Shown: positions 1-9,666, numbered from the stretch's first letter. The stretch is 32,038 nucleotides of DNA from a bacterium (GCA_037446635.1 JBBIIG010000015.1:1-32038), one strand, 5' to 3'. A program made the numbers and translations. The notes: generated by a model not told the origin, from the letters alone.

Positions 1-1
1 C

Positions 2-790
2 CAAAGCCGTTATGTTTACGACGTGCTTCGACGGGTCTGTGAAAGCCCCCGATGTAACCACGGCCCTTTGCGTGTGCCGCCCCCGATTGTCCATCTCGAT
101 GACGCGAACACTTACTGGCAGACGGCGTGGGAAGGCCAAAGTCTAAGTAAAACCGCCAAGCACTCGGATTGGGCGATTTTTTTTGAATCGGATTTTGCAG
201 CCCAAATTGCTGCTCTGTTAGCCGCACTTCATCAGATCGATCTCGAAAACATTGCATTGCAGGCGGGGCCGTCGCTGGAGCAGGTTATCGCAGCGGCGCG
301 CGAGGATAGGATGAACATAATTCAATTTCTTCCACAAAGAAGTGAAGAATTGCAGCGCGTTCAGCGGGCGCTGGAAAAATTAGCGGCGGGTTGGCACGCG
401 CCGATGCCGCGGCTCATCCACGGCGCCTTTAAGCTCACGCAACTTTTATATCGCGACGATCAGCTGGCGCTGGTGGACTTTGATGCCGTGGCGTGCGGCG
501 ACCCGCTTTATGATGTCAGCGAGTTCATCGCTTCGTTAGAATATTTAAACATCAGCGATGACGTTCCAATCGCCAAAATAAACAGCAAGGTCGAACAATT
601 TTTGACTCGGTATCAACAAGACGTGCCCTGGGAATGTGCGCGTGAGCGGATTGCTTTTTATGTGCTGGTGTTTCTCCTGGGTAAAATCCATTCGACGCTG
701 AAAAAGCTGGAAGCGCGGGCGAGTGAAAACCTGCCAGGCGCCCTAGATTTGCTTACCAAATGGCTGAAATTGGCCGAGGGCTACCAGTGA
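2..790 (+). CDS. APH/choline kinase-like phosphotransferase-fold protein (5'-partial; catalytic Asp absent)
   Basis: The frame is open from the window edge (caa agc cgt tat...). It has 'LAALHQ', a Brenner-like motif 'LIHGAFKLTQLL' (419-442) and 'LVDFD...GDPLYDVSEF'. The stop TGA overlaps the next GTG start (GTGA, 787-790). Confidence 0.8.
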   Translation, partial: QSRYVYDVLRRVCESPRCNHGPLRVPPPIVHLDDANTYWQTAWEGQSLSKTAKHSDWAIFFESDFAAQIAALLAALHQIDLENIALQAGPSLEQVIAAAREDRMNIIQFLPQRSEELQRVQRALEKLAAGWHAPMPRLIHGAFKLTQLLYRDDQLALVDFDAVACGDPLYDVSEFIASLEYLNISDDVPIAKINSKVEQFLTRYQQDVPWECARERIAFYVLVFLLGKIHSTLKKLEARASENLPGALDLLTKWLKLAEGYQ

Positions 791-1875
791 ACGTGGTGTT
801 TCTGCGCACGAAGCTGGACAGCGCGGTATTTTTGGGCGATCACCACGCCGGCGACGAGCTCGACCCCAGCCTGCTCGAGCGCATGAAGATCACCCAAAAA
901 GCCGGCAGCAGCTCCAAAAATATGATTGTTGGTTTAATCGAAAAACGGATTGTTTCCCGGTGTGAGGAATGGAAATTCTGGAGCGGCCGGCTGCAAGAAA
1001 TTTCCGGGCCCGGACATTTCCCGGTAAAACTGTTCCCGGTGGACGAGCGTTTCGCCCTCGAGGAGTTGGCGCACTATATCGACGCCGCCGGGCAGCCAGA
1101 CATCCTTTGGGTGGAAGGAACCGATTACCCTTTTTATCTCGAACGCATCTTCCAACTCTGCCCTGAAAGTTTTAAGTTGGTCTATTCGAAAGATTGGCGG
1201 CCGTGGAAAATCGCGCATCTGGAAGAGTACAACCTCTGTTTGGTGGACGAGCCCTGGGAAGTTGAAAAAGTCAAAAGTTATTTCCCGCGCCTCCATTGCG
1301 CCGTGTGGGATAAGCTGATCGATTACAAGTCGGCATTTTACCCAATGGCCAGCAACAAGATTTATGACATTTGTTATGTCGCTTACCTGCGGGAGCGCAA
1401 AAATCACGCGCTGCTATTTAGCGCAATGGCAAAAATAAACGATCGGCGGCTGAGCTGCGTTTGCATCGGGGACGATCGCAAAAATCATCGCGCCGAGTTG
1501 GAGAGGATGCTTGAAGATCTGCCGCATTCCGTGCACTTCACCGGTGAAATTCTGCTCGAGGAAGTCAATCGTTACATCAACTCGGCTAAGATCGGAGTGA
1601 TGTGTTCGCGGTTGGACGCGGCGCCGCGCGCCATTCTGGAGTACATGGCGGCGGACGTACCGGTGCTGGTGAATTCGGAACTGCTGGCCGGCGCCCGCTA
1701 TGTCGGCGCCCAGGCCGGTTTGGTGAAACCGCCGGCCGAATTTCATCTCGGCCTCCTCGAGCTTTTGGATAACTATCAAAATTATTCACCCCGCGCGTTT
1801 TTTCTCGAAAATTATTCGGTTGAAAAAGTCGTTCCGAAATTTATTGAAATATTAGAACAGGCAGGTTGCCGGTGA
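787..1875 (+). CDS. Glycosyltransferase, GT-B fold, GT4-like
   Basis: C-terminal Glycos_transf_1-like motifs: 'YVAYLRERKNH', 'VHFTG', 'DAAPRAILEYMAADVPV' (D/E-x7-E). Start placed at the GTGA overlap at 787, in frame with ORF 760. Confidence 0.8.
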   Translation: MNVVFLRTKLDSAVFLGDHHAGDELDPSLLERMKITQKAGSSSKNMIVGLIEKRIVSRCEEWKFWSGRLQEISGPGHFPVKLFPVDERFALEELAHYIDAAGQPDILWVEGTDYPFYLERIFQLCPESFKLVYSKDWRPWKIAHLEEYNLCLVDEPWEVEKVKSYFPRLHCAVWDKLIDYKSAFYPMASNKIYDICYVAYLRERKNHALLFSAMAKINDRRLSCVCIGDDRKNHRAELERMLEDLPHSVHFTGEILLEEVNRYINSAKIGVMCSRLDAAPRAILEYMAADVPVLVNSELLAGARYVGAQAGLVKPPAEFHLGLLELLDNYQNYSPRAFFLENYSVEKVVPKFIEILEQAGCR

Positions 1876-3116
1876 AAATCGCTTACCTCAGCGCGGATTT
1901 CGGCGTGCCGATTTTTGGCTACAAAGGAGCGTCCGTGCACGTGCGTGAAATGGTGACGGCGCTTAGCCAAGCCGGGCACGCGGTTACTATCCTTTCGCCC
2001 GCGATTGACAATCCCAGCCCGATCCCGAATGTGGAATTTTTTCCAATCCCCCTGGCCGCTGAAGATCTCCAGCGCCTGAACCAACTCAAAGAAGTGGAAG
2101 CCTTGTTGAATGTGCAAACCCGTATTCGGCAGGAATTGCGCAATCTCATCTACAATTTGAGATTGCATGCTAACGCTAGCGAGTATCTTCGCCGAAAGAA
2201 AGTGGATTTTGTTTACGAACGGTACGCGCTCTTCGGTTACGCCGGCATTCGCCTCGCCAAAGAGTTGGGGGCGCCGCACCTTTTGGAAGTGAACGCGCCG
2301 TTGGCCTACGAACAGGAAAGAACCCGCGGCCTGGAGATGAAAGAGCTGGCGCGCGAGACGGAACGCCGAATTTTTCGCGACAGCGACCACGTGTTTGTGG
2401 TTTCTCAGCACTTGCAGGAATTGGTGGCCTCTTGCGGCGTCCCGGAAAACCGCATTGATATTTTGCCAAATGGAGTTGACCCCCGGCGCTTCGCACCGCA
2501 ATCGGCAGATGGCAAACGAGTGCGCGCTCAGCTTGGCCTCGAGGGGAAACAGATCATCGGCTTTGTGGGAAGCTTGAAGCCCTGGCATGGCACCGAGACC
2601 CTACTGGCCGCGTTTCGTGACGTGCATCCAGCCGCCCTGCAAGCGCACTTGCTGATTGTTGGCGACGGTCCGGGACGAGAGCAGTTGGAAAAAACCGTGC
2701 ACGCAAATGGCTTGAACCAGGTCGTGACCTTCACCGGCAACGTCCCTTACGACGAGGTTCCCGATTACCTCGCCGCCGTGGATATCGCCGTCGCTCCCTA
2801 CACGCCCAATGAGCAGTTTTATTATTCGCCTATCAAAATTTTTGAATACATGGCGATGGCTAAACCGGTGGTGGCGGGCCGAATTGGGCAGGTGGAAGAA
2901 ATCCTACGCGACGGCGCAACCGGTTTGTTATTCGAGCCCGGCAACCTTCCGCAACTCACCGCGGCGTTGTTGAAATTGCTGCACGATGCCTCCCTGTGCC
3001 GGCGCATGGGCGAACAGGCGCGCGCCTGGGTGGTGCGGGAACGGGCCTGGGACAACAACGCCCTCAGGGTGATTGAGATCGCGAGTCAATTAACCAAGAA
3101 AAGAAAGGCAGAATGA
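1872..3116 (+). CDS. Glycosyltransferase family 4
   Basis: Begins 'MKIAYLSADFGVPIFGYKGASVHVRE'; also 'LPNGVD', 'GFVGSLKPWHG', 'YSPIKIFEYMAMAKPVV'. GTG start overlaps the upstream stop (GTGA, 1872-1875). Confidence 0.92.
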   Translation: MKIAYLSADFGVPIFGYKGASVHVREMVTALSQAGHAVTILSPAIDNPSPIPNVEFFPIPLAAEDLQRLNQLKEVEALLNVQTRIRQELRNLIYNLRLHANASEYLRRKKVDFVYERYALFGYAGIRLAKELGAPHLLEVNAPLAYEQERTRGLEMKELARETERRIFRDSDHVFVVSQHLQELVASCGVPENRIDILPNGVDPRRFAPQSADGKRVRAQLGLEGKQIIGFVGSLKPWHGTETLLAAFRDVHPAALQAHLLIVGDGPGREQLEKTVHANGLNQVVTFTGNVPYDEVPDYLAAVDIAVAPYTPNEQFYYSPIKIFEYMAMAKPVVAGRIGQVEEILRDGATGLLFEPGNLPQLTAALLKLLHDASLCRRMGEQARAWVVRERAWDNNALRVIEIASQLTKKRKAE

Positions 3117-4294
3117 AAATCAAAACATGCATCGTCACCGGACAGTACCCGCCGCAGGTGGGCGGCGTCGGGCACTCCGCCCATCGCGTCGCGAATTTGT
3201 TGGCGCAGGAGGGGTATGAGGTTCAGGTGGTTGCGCTGCAAAAGCACCCCGTATCGTTGCCGCTTGATGAAAGCATCTCGACCACTCAGGAAGAACGATT
3301 GCTGGTGCATCGCGTCAAAGTGTTTCACCCTAATCGCCGCGACGATCCAACCCTCTCTGAAGCCGAAATTTTGACGCGTTACAACCGCGAGATGTTTCAG
3401 GCGCTAGACCACTTTCAACGGCGTTACGGCTACGCGGTGCTGCACGCGTTCTTCCTCTATCCTGCCGGGTTTATCGCCGGCCTGGTTGGGAAGCTCCATT
3501 CAGTGAAGGTCATTGCTTCTGTTCGCGGCAACGATATCGGCAAATATGCGTTCGATCCCCTGCGGCTGCCGTTCATTCAGTCCGCGTTGGTCAACGCCGA
3601 TGTCGTTACCTCCGTGGCCACCAACTTGATTGAGCTGGCCGACCGCGCCATCACTCCGATTGCCAACAAATCCAAAACCATTTTGAATTCGATCGATGCG
3701 GCCCGGCTGCGCGTGCAATCGAAACCGGATTTGCCGCTGCACGGTCTGGTCATTGGTACCTTCGGTTTGTTTCGCTACAAAAAGGGTTTGGTCTATCTCA
3801 TTAAAGCGCTGGCCAGCTTGCGCGATCGCTTCGATTTCACTCTGCTCTTGGGCGGCGATTTTTTTAGCGACAGCGATCGCCAGCCGCATTTGCAGTATCT
3901 CAGCGATTACGGATTAAGCGATCGCAGCGTCATCACCGGCAAAATTCCGCCGGCGCGCGTCGCCGACTATTTGCAGCTCTTCGATATTCTGGTGTTTCCG
4001 TCGCTCTATTCCGAGGGCTGTCCGCTGTCTCTTTTGGAAGCGATGGCGTTGAAAAAAGTCGTGGTCGCCACCCGCACCGGCGCGATTCCGGAGATGGTGC
4101 GCGATCGCGAAAACGGGCTTTTGGTCAACCCGGGTTCGTCGGCAGAAATCGCGGCGGCCATCATTGAATTGCTCGGTAATCCCGAGTTGCGCGCTGTTCT
4201 TTCGGCAAACGCCGGCCAACTCGCCAGCGAGTTGACGCCGGAACGAGAGCTTGGTGAGTGGCTAAACGTATATGAAACGGTTTGTGGACGTTGA
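3113..4294 (+). CDS. Glycosyltransferase family 4
   Basis: 'YPPQVGGVG', 'RGND', 'RYKKG', 'SEGCPLSLLEAMA' (E-x7-E). ATGA overlap with the upstream gene. Confidence 0.92.
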   Translation: MKIKTCIVTGQYPPQVGGVGHSAHRVANLLAQEGYEVQVVALQKHPVSLPLDESISTTQEERLLVHRVKVFHPNRRDDPTLSEAEILTRYNREMFQALDHFQRRYGYAVLHAFFLYPAGFIAGLVGKLHSVKVIASVRGNDIGKYAFDPLRLPFIQSALVNADVVTSVATNLIELADRAITPIANKSKTILNSIDAARLRVQSKPDLPLHGLVIGTFGLFRYKKGLVYLIKALASLRDRFDFTLLLGGDFFSDSDRQPHLQYLSDYGLSDRSVITGKIPPARVADYLQLFDILVFPSLYSEGCPLSLLEAMALKKVVVATRTGAIPEMVRDRENGLLVNPGSSAEIAAAIIELLGNPELRAVLSANAGQLASELTPERELGEWLNVYETVCGR

Positions 4295-5706
4295 ACCACG
4301 AATTTCATGAAATGGCAGGCATCATAAAAAACTTTCGAATTAATTCTTTACCTTCAACGGCCTGGCTTAAAGATCAATTGCCGTCTTATATTTGGCCAGA
4401 ACCGCAGCGGCCGGGAAAAATCCTTCGCATTGCGGTGCTCTATTCAAGAGTTACCGCCAAGCTGAGCGCCGCGTCCTTCGAGATTGAATTGCAAAATCCG
4501 GATGGGCCCGTGCTTCGGCAGACCTACGCGGGCTACCTTTGGCCCAGTGAGCGGCTTTGGGAGGAATATCATGGTCTGCTTAACAACCACCCCATCCCGC
4601 CGACCATCGGGCCGCCGCTGCTGTTAATTGAGGAAGCGAATTTAATTCTGGCGGCTTTTCCTAACGATCGTAAATTGCGGGTGCTCTCCAAAGACGAAGT
4701 AGATTTGTGGCTAACGGAGCATTTGCACGAGCTTTTGAATGGGGAGCGGGATGGCGCGCGCTGGCGTCTCAAGGAAACGACGATGGAGGTGCTGCGCTAC
4801 GTGCCGGACCGCCGCTTGACCGCGCGCGTCCGCGTCAGGCTGGGATTGGAAGACGGCTCAGAAAAAACCGTTGCGTTTATCGCCAAGCAGTTTTATAAAC
4901 CCAAACGGGCGAAAGATTATTGTCGAAATCTCCACAAGCTTCAAGCCGTCAGGGCAGAGTTTTATTCGCCGGACGGCGCTCTGCGCCTGCCCCGAAAATT
5001 GGCGCTGGTTGAAAAGCGGGCGGCGGCTTTTATTGAAGAACTTCCGGGAAGAAATTTAGAGCAAGCGCTGCCCGAGCTGGATGTGCAAAACGTGATGCGG
5101 TTGGTTGGCAAAATGCTGGTGGATTTTCATCGCATTCCAATGCGAGTGCGAAAGAAAGTGACGCCAAAAAATGAAATCAATGAAGTCCGCGAAGCCAGTC
5201 GAACGATAGCCCAGGCCATCCCGGAGCTGCGCCCCCGACTGCGAGCCCTCATGGAAGGCCTGCTGGCTTGGCCCTGGCAAGGCACAGCGTCCGTCGCTTT
5301 GTTGCACGGATCATTTCGGCTCAATCATATTTTACTTCACCAAGGCAAATTGGCTTTTTTAGATCTTGATAGTTTGCGAACTGGCCCCGCGGCCTACGAT
5401 CTTGCAAATTTCCTCACGTCTTTGTATTATCTGCAAGCGCAAGATCGGATTAGCCTGCCGCAGCGAGAAGATATCGCACGTTATTTTCTCGAAGGATACG
5501 CTGCAAACTCAAGCCGGCAGATTTCGACGCCCGCGGTGCTGTGGTTTTTTGTCACCCTGTTGATCAACAAGCAAGCGCTCAAGCATGTGACCCATTTGCA
5601 CGAGAACCAGGAAGAAAAAGTTAAAAATATGTTGCGCCTCGCCGAAGAAATGTTATGTAAGCCGCGGCAAACTTCTCTCACGGATTTGTGGAAAGCGCTG
5701 CCATGA
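4291..5706 (+). CDS. APH/choline kinase-like phosphotransferase-fold protein with N-terminal extension (catalytic Asp absent)
   Basis: 'FPNDRKL', 'LRYVPDRR', 'FIAKQF' (beta-3 Lys), 'EELPG', 'LLHGSFRLNHIL' (5305-5328), 'FLDLD...GPAAYDLANF'. Start is either TTG 4291 (TTGA overlap) or ATG 4312. Confidence 0.8.
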   Translation: MNHEFHEMAGIIKNFRINSLPSTAWLKDQLPSYIWPEPQRPGKILRIAVLYSRVTAKLSAASFEIELQNPDGPVLRQTYAGYLWPSERLWEEYHGLLNNHPIPPTIGPPLLLIEEANLILAAFPNDRKLRVLSKDEVDLWLTEHLHELLNGERDGARWRLKETTMEVLRYVPDRRLTARVRVRLGLEDGSEKTVAFIAKQFYKPKRAKDYCRNLHKLQAVRAEFYSPDGALRLPRKLALVEKRAAAFIEELPGRNLEQALPELDVQNVMRLVGKMLVDFHRIPMRVRKKVTPKNEINEVREASRTIAQAIPELRPRLRALMEGLLAWPWQGTASVALLHGSFRLNHILLHQGKLAFLDLDSLRTGPAAYDLANFLTSLYYLQAQDRISLPQREDIARYFLEGYAANSSRQISTPAVLWFFVTLLINKQALKHVTHLHENQEEKVKNMLRLAEEMLCKPRQTSLTDLWKALP

Positions 5707-7865
5707 AGTATCACAAAGAAATTCGCATGGCCGCCATCTTTCTGGGGTTAATCATGATACCCAGCGGCGTTTTGGGATACTTGAGTTGGCGCGCGTTGGA
5801 AACGGAGCGCAAGCTTGCGCACGAGCGCCTGCGCGAAAGCTACCACCAGTTTGCCGGCCTAGCATCGCGAGAGATCGACGAAGGCCTCGAAGAGATCGAA
5901 GAAAACTGGCTTTCCTTTATTAATGAAATCGTCCAGGAGCGCTCGCCGCAAGTCAACCTGGAAAATTTGGAAAAGTTGTGCAGCCGTTCGCCACTCATCG
6001 CGGCCTGTTTTTTTATGGCGGCGCCGGGAAAAGTCGGTTATCCTCCCAATCTGACCGTACGAGAGCAAGATGAGTATTCCGAGCGCAGCGGCAGCGAAAA
6101 TTATGTTCGCGAGTACGAAATTTTTAATGAACTGGCGAATCAGGGCGAGGAGTTAGAATATCGCGCCTACGCTTTAGATGGCGCCATCGCCGCGTACCGC
6201 CAAATTTTCGCACAGGTCGAGCGCACCCAGTTTCATGCGATCGCAGAAAGTTATATCGGCCGCGCGTTGATGAAAAAAGGAGATTGGGAACAGGCTTTAT
6301 CAACCTTTCAAAATCTGCTGGCCACCTACCCCGAAGTTCGCGATCTCAACAAAATGTACCTGCGGTTTCTGGCGCAGTACCAAATTGCCGTGTGCCTGGA
6401 TAATCTCGATCGCGACTCCGAGGCGATCGCCGTACTTCTCCGCTTAAATAAAGATTTGCTGGAGCGCAGCGACACCATTAATAGCCTGCAATACTCATTT
6501 TTTTTCGACCAAATTCAAATCCTTGCGGAGCGTTTGCTTTCAGCGCCGAACTTGCCGGACTCGGATAGTTATAATAAACAGTTTCGCGCCTTAGCCGACC
6601 AAAACAAAAAACGCTTAAGCCAAAAATATTTTTTGGAACTGTTGGATCGCCAGTTGAACAAAATGGTGATCAACCGTAAGCGTTACCGTCCGAAGGTTTA
6701 TTACGTTTCGGATGAAGCCGATGAGAAGCCCTTTCTTTTGGGGTTTCGCCCCATTCCCGATCCTCAGGGTGCTTACACGGTTGGTTTGTTGGGGGTGCAG
6801 ATTGATCTCGAACAGCTCAGCCAACAGCTCTTTCCGAAGATTTTGCGCAATTTAAAATTCAGCGATCAAGTGCTGCTGGCCATTTTGAATCAGCGCAACG
6901 ATTTTGTGTTCGGCACCGCCGCGCCGGCTGGCGCGCCGATTGCCAAACAAACGCTTTCGGAGCCATTCAACTTTTGGCAGGTTGCAGTTTACTTAACCGG
7001 CCCGTCGCCTTTTTCGCGACGGTGGGATTTTCAAACCATGCTGGGCGCCTGGTTTATCGCGCTGCTGCTGCTGAGTATTTTGGTCGGCGCGTTGTTGTTT
7101 ATTCGCCGCGCTCGACGCGAGGCCTATTTGTCGCAGCTCAAGTCGTCGTTTGTTTCCAATGTGTCGCATGAATTGCGCACGCCGCTGGCTTCCATAAATA
7201 TGCTGGCGGAGTTATTGGAGATGCAGCTCGCGGGAGAATCGAAGGCGCCGAAAAAAGAATTCACGGCGCACGCGCGCGAATATCTCCAAGTTATCCGCCG
7301 CGAAGGGGAACGGCTGACCCGTCTCATTGAGAACGTACTGGATTTCTCGAAAGTCGAGCGCGGCATCAAACACTACAACTTTGAATATGAAGACCCGGCC
7401 GCCGTGGTACATCGTGCCGTGGAATCCTTTCGTCCCCATGCCAAAGCCCAGGGCTTCAGCCTGACCGTAGACATCAACGGCTCCCTACCGGAGGTGCAGA
7501 TGGACGGCGACGCCATTTCGCAGGCGGTGTTAAATTTGTTGAACAACGCCGTCAAGTACAGCGATCGCGTGAAAGAAATTCGCGTGCGGACGTATCAACA
7601 GAATGCGTCGCTTGCCATTGAAGTCAGCGATCGCGGGATTGGCATCGCGGAAACGGAAATCCCCAAAATTTTCGGGGAATTTTACCGCGTGGACCAGCGC
7701 TTGAACTCGCAGAAACAGGGCGGTATGGGATTGGGGCTCACCCTGGTGCGGCACATTGTTTCTGCCCACGGCGGCGAAATCAAAGTTCGTAGCCAGGTAG
7801 GGCAAGGCTCAACGTTCACGATTTTGCTGCCGCGGACGGTCGAAAGTACGATTGTTGAAAAGTAA
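5703..7865 (+). CDS. Membrane sensor histidine kinase (HisKA + HATPase_c) with an extracytoplasmic TPR-containing region
   Basis: Two TM segments; H-box 'VSHELRTPL', N-box 'NLLNNAVKY', 'DRGIGI', 'FGEFYRV', 'GMGLGL', 'GQGSTF'. TPR-like helices 'AESYIGRALMKKGDWEQALSTFQNLLATYP'. ATG 5703 overlaps the upstream stop (ATGA). Confidence 0.93.
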   Translation: MKYHKEIRMAAIFLGLIMIPSGVLGYLSWRALETERKLAHERLRESYHQFAGLASREIDEGLEEIEENWLSFINEIVQERSPQVNLENLEKLCSRSPLIAACFFMAAPGKVGYPPNLTVREQDEYSERSGSENYVREYEIFNELANQGEELEYRAYALDGAIAAYRQIFAQVERTQFHAIAESYIGRALMKKGDWEQALSTFQNLLATYPEVRDLNKMYLRFLAQYQIAVCLDNLDRDSEAIAVLLRLNKDLLERSDTINSLQYSFFFDQIQILAERLLSAPNLPDSDSYNKQFRALADQNKKRLSQKYFLELLDRQLNKMVINRKRYRPKVYYVSDEADEKPFLLGFRPIPDPQGAYTVGLLGVQIDLEQLSQQLFPKILRNLKFSDQVLLAILNQRNDFVFGTAAPAGAPIAKQTLSEPFNFWQVAVYLTGPSPFSRRWDFQTMLGAWFIALLLLSILVGALLFIRRARREAYLSQLKSSFVSNVSHELRTPLASINMLAELLEMQLAGESKAPKKEFTAHAREYLQVIRREGERLTRLIENVLDFSKVERGIKHYNFEYEDPAAVVHRAVESFRPHAKAQGFSLTVDINGSLPEVQMDGDAISQAVLNLLNNAVKYSDRVKEIRVRTYQQNASLAIEVSDRGIGIAETEIPKIFGEFYRVDQRLNSQKQGGMGLGLTLVRHIVSAHGGEIKVRSQVGQGSTFTILLPRTVESTIVEK

Positions 7866-7883
7866 GTTGAGTTGTGAAAAATC

Positions 7884-8582
7884 ATGAAAAAAATCCTTAT
7901 TATCGAAGATGACGCCGCGATGGTGCTCGGCCTGGAAAGCGCGCTGCAGGCCGAGGGCTACCAGACCGCGGTGGCGCGCACCGGCCCCGACGGCTTGCGC
8001 CTGGCCAAAGAGTTCCAACCAGATCTGCTGATTTTAGACGTGATGCTGCCCGGCTTGAGCGGGTTCGAAATTTGTCAGCGCCTGCGCGACGACGGCATGA
8101 AGTCGCCCATCCTGATGCTAACCGCCAAAACCGAAGAGAACGATCGCGTCATCGGCTTGGTTTTGGGGGCGGACGATTACATCACCAAACCGTTCAGTTT
8201 GCGGGAATTGCTGGCGCGGGTGCACGCGCATCTCCGCCGCCAGGAAAAGTCCGAGGCAAAAGAAGCTGAGCTCCAACCCAAAAGCTACTTTTTTGGTAAT
8301 GTCGAGGTAAATTTTAAACGGCGCGAGGTTTATAAAGACGGCCAGGTGCAACCTCTCACCAACCGCGAATTCCGCCTTTTGCAGTACTTTCTTGAGCATC
8401 CCGGCGAGCTGTTGACCCGCGACCGGCTGTTGAATGAAATTTGGGGGTACGAAGTTTATCCCACCACGCGCACCGTGGACAATCACATCCTGCGGCTGCG
8501 CAAACACATCGAACCCGATCCGGAAAATCCGCGCTATATCAAAACCGTGTTTGGCGCGGGATATCTGTTCGAGACGGAATAG
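7884..8582 (+). CDS. Response regulator, OmpR/PhoB family
   Basis: 'ILIIEDD', 'LILDVMLPG', 'GADDYITKPF'; winged-helix C-terminus 'LTNREFRLL...RTVDNHILRLRKHIE..P..IKTVFGAGY'. Confidence 0.96.
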   Translation: MKKILIIEDDAAMVLGLESALQAEGYQTAVARTGPDGLRLAKEFQPDLLILDVMLPGLSGFEICQRLRDDGMKSPILMLTAKTEENDRVIGLVLGADDYITKPFSLRELLARVHAHLRRQEKSEAKEAELQPKSYFFGNVEVNFKRREVYKDGQVQPLTNREFRLLQYFLEHPGELLTRDRLLNEIWGYEVYPTTRTVDNHILRLRKHIEPDPENPRYIKTVFGAGYLFETE

Positions 8583-8595
8583 AAACGCCAGTCAG

Positions 8596-9666
8596 ATGAA
8601 ACCTTTTACAAACAAGCTCGGCGTGCAGATGCACGGCGTTAACTTAACTCTGGAAGCGGATAACCCGCGCTTGCTGGCCTACGCCGCCGAACATCTCAAA
8701 CGAGTGGTTACGACGCCGGCCGCCGCGCCCGAGCTAACCGTGCGCAGTTTTTGGACCGAGGGCGAGTGGAACCCACATGCCCACCCCTTTGCCACCAATA
8801 GCGCGCTGAATGTAATTGGCAAGCGTATGTTGGGTAACGCCGAGGAACTGATTTGGCTGGACACCCTGCGAATGGATGGGCTGCAACTGCGGTTTGTGGC
8901 CAACCACGCGCCGCGCTGGACCTTCGAGGTCGCCTACTGTTTTCGCCCCGAAAAACGCAAAATCGAAAAGTCGCCGGACTATGAATACAAAAAATTTTTC
9001 AGCTTGATGAGTTACCTGGTTTACTGTCCTATCACCTGGTATCTGGAATATTATCGCGATTGGACGGTTTTGCACGCCTCGGCTTTGGCGAGCAAAAGCG
9101 CGGGGGTGATCATTGGTGGTCTGGGAGGCGTGGGTAAAACCACCACCTGTGTGGCCTTGATGCAACAAGCCGATTTGGAGTTGATTTCCGAAAATCTCAT
9201 TTTTACCGATGGCGAATTCATTTACCCCTGTGAAGAGCCCATTCGCCTGGACGATGCGAGCCTGGCGAGGCTGGGCGGCCATTTGCCGCACCTGTCGCCA
9301 ATGAATTTTCCAGATGGACTTAAAAAGAAATGGCTGTTTCATTTAAACCGCGAAACCACGCCGCAAAAGGTTAAGCCCGCCCTGCTTTTTTTACCGCAAT
9401 TTACGCCCCAGCGCGAGCTCAGAGAAATCACGGCCGCGGCGGCATTAGAAAAAATGACCGCCATCAATCGCCTGACCCGGGAGTTGGACGACTACTATTG
9501 GTACGCTGCAGCGCTGGAGATGCACTGGCCCAAAGCGGGGCAGGCTCAAAAACGAGCGGCGGTTTTGCATAGACTTCTGCAAGCCACGTCCTGTTTCGAG
9601 TTAGGAATTGATCGCCAGGCGGGAGTGGAGGCGGTGGTGCAGGATATTCTTTCAAAAATAAAGTGA
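8596..9666 (+). CDS. HPr kinase/PEPCK-like P-loop NTPase (HprK-related, uncharacterised)
   Basis: 'VLHASAL' followed by Walker A 'GLGGVGKTT' and then 'LISENLIF', where HPrK has DD. Likely start is ATG 8596, 13 nt after the regulator stop; the upstream part of ORF 8434 overlaps the regulator and is probably not real. Confidence 0.72.
   Translation: MKPFTNKLGVQMHGVNLTLEADNPRLLAYAAEHLKRVVTTPAAAPELTVRSFWTEGEWNPHAHPFATNSALNVIGKRMLGNAEELIWLDTLRMDGLQLRFVANHAPRWTFEVAYCFRPEKRKIEKSPDYEYKKFFSLMSYLVYCPITWYLEYYRDWTVLHASALASKSAGVIIGGLGGVGKTTTCVALMQQADLELISENLIFTDGEFIYPCEEPIRLDDASLARLGGHLPHLSPMNFPDGLKKKWLFHLNRETTPQKVKPALLFLPQFTPQRELREITAAAALEKMTAINRLTRELDDYYWYAAALEMHWPKAGQAQKRAAVLHRLLQATSCFELGIDRQAGVEAVVQDILSKIK

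Noticed and set aside
8434..8595. N-terminal extension of ORF 8434-9666 overlapping the response regulator
   Set aside because: It would overlap a conserved gene by 149 nt; the in-frame ATG at 8596 just after the regulator stop is more plausible.
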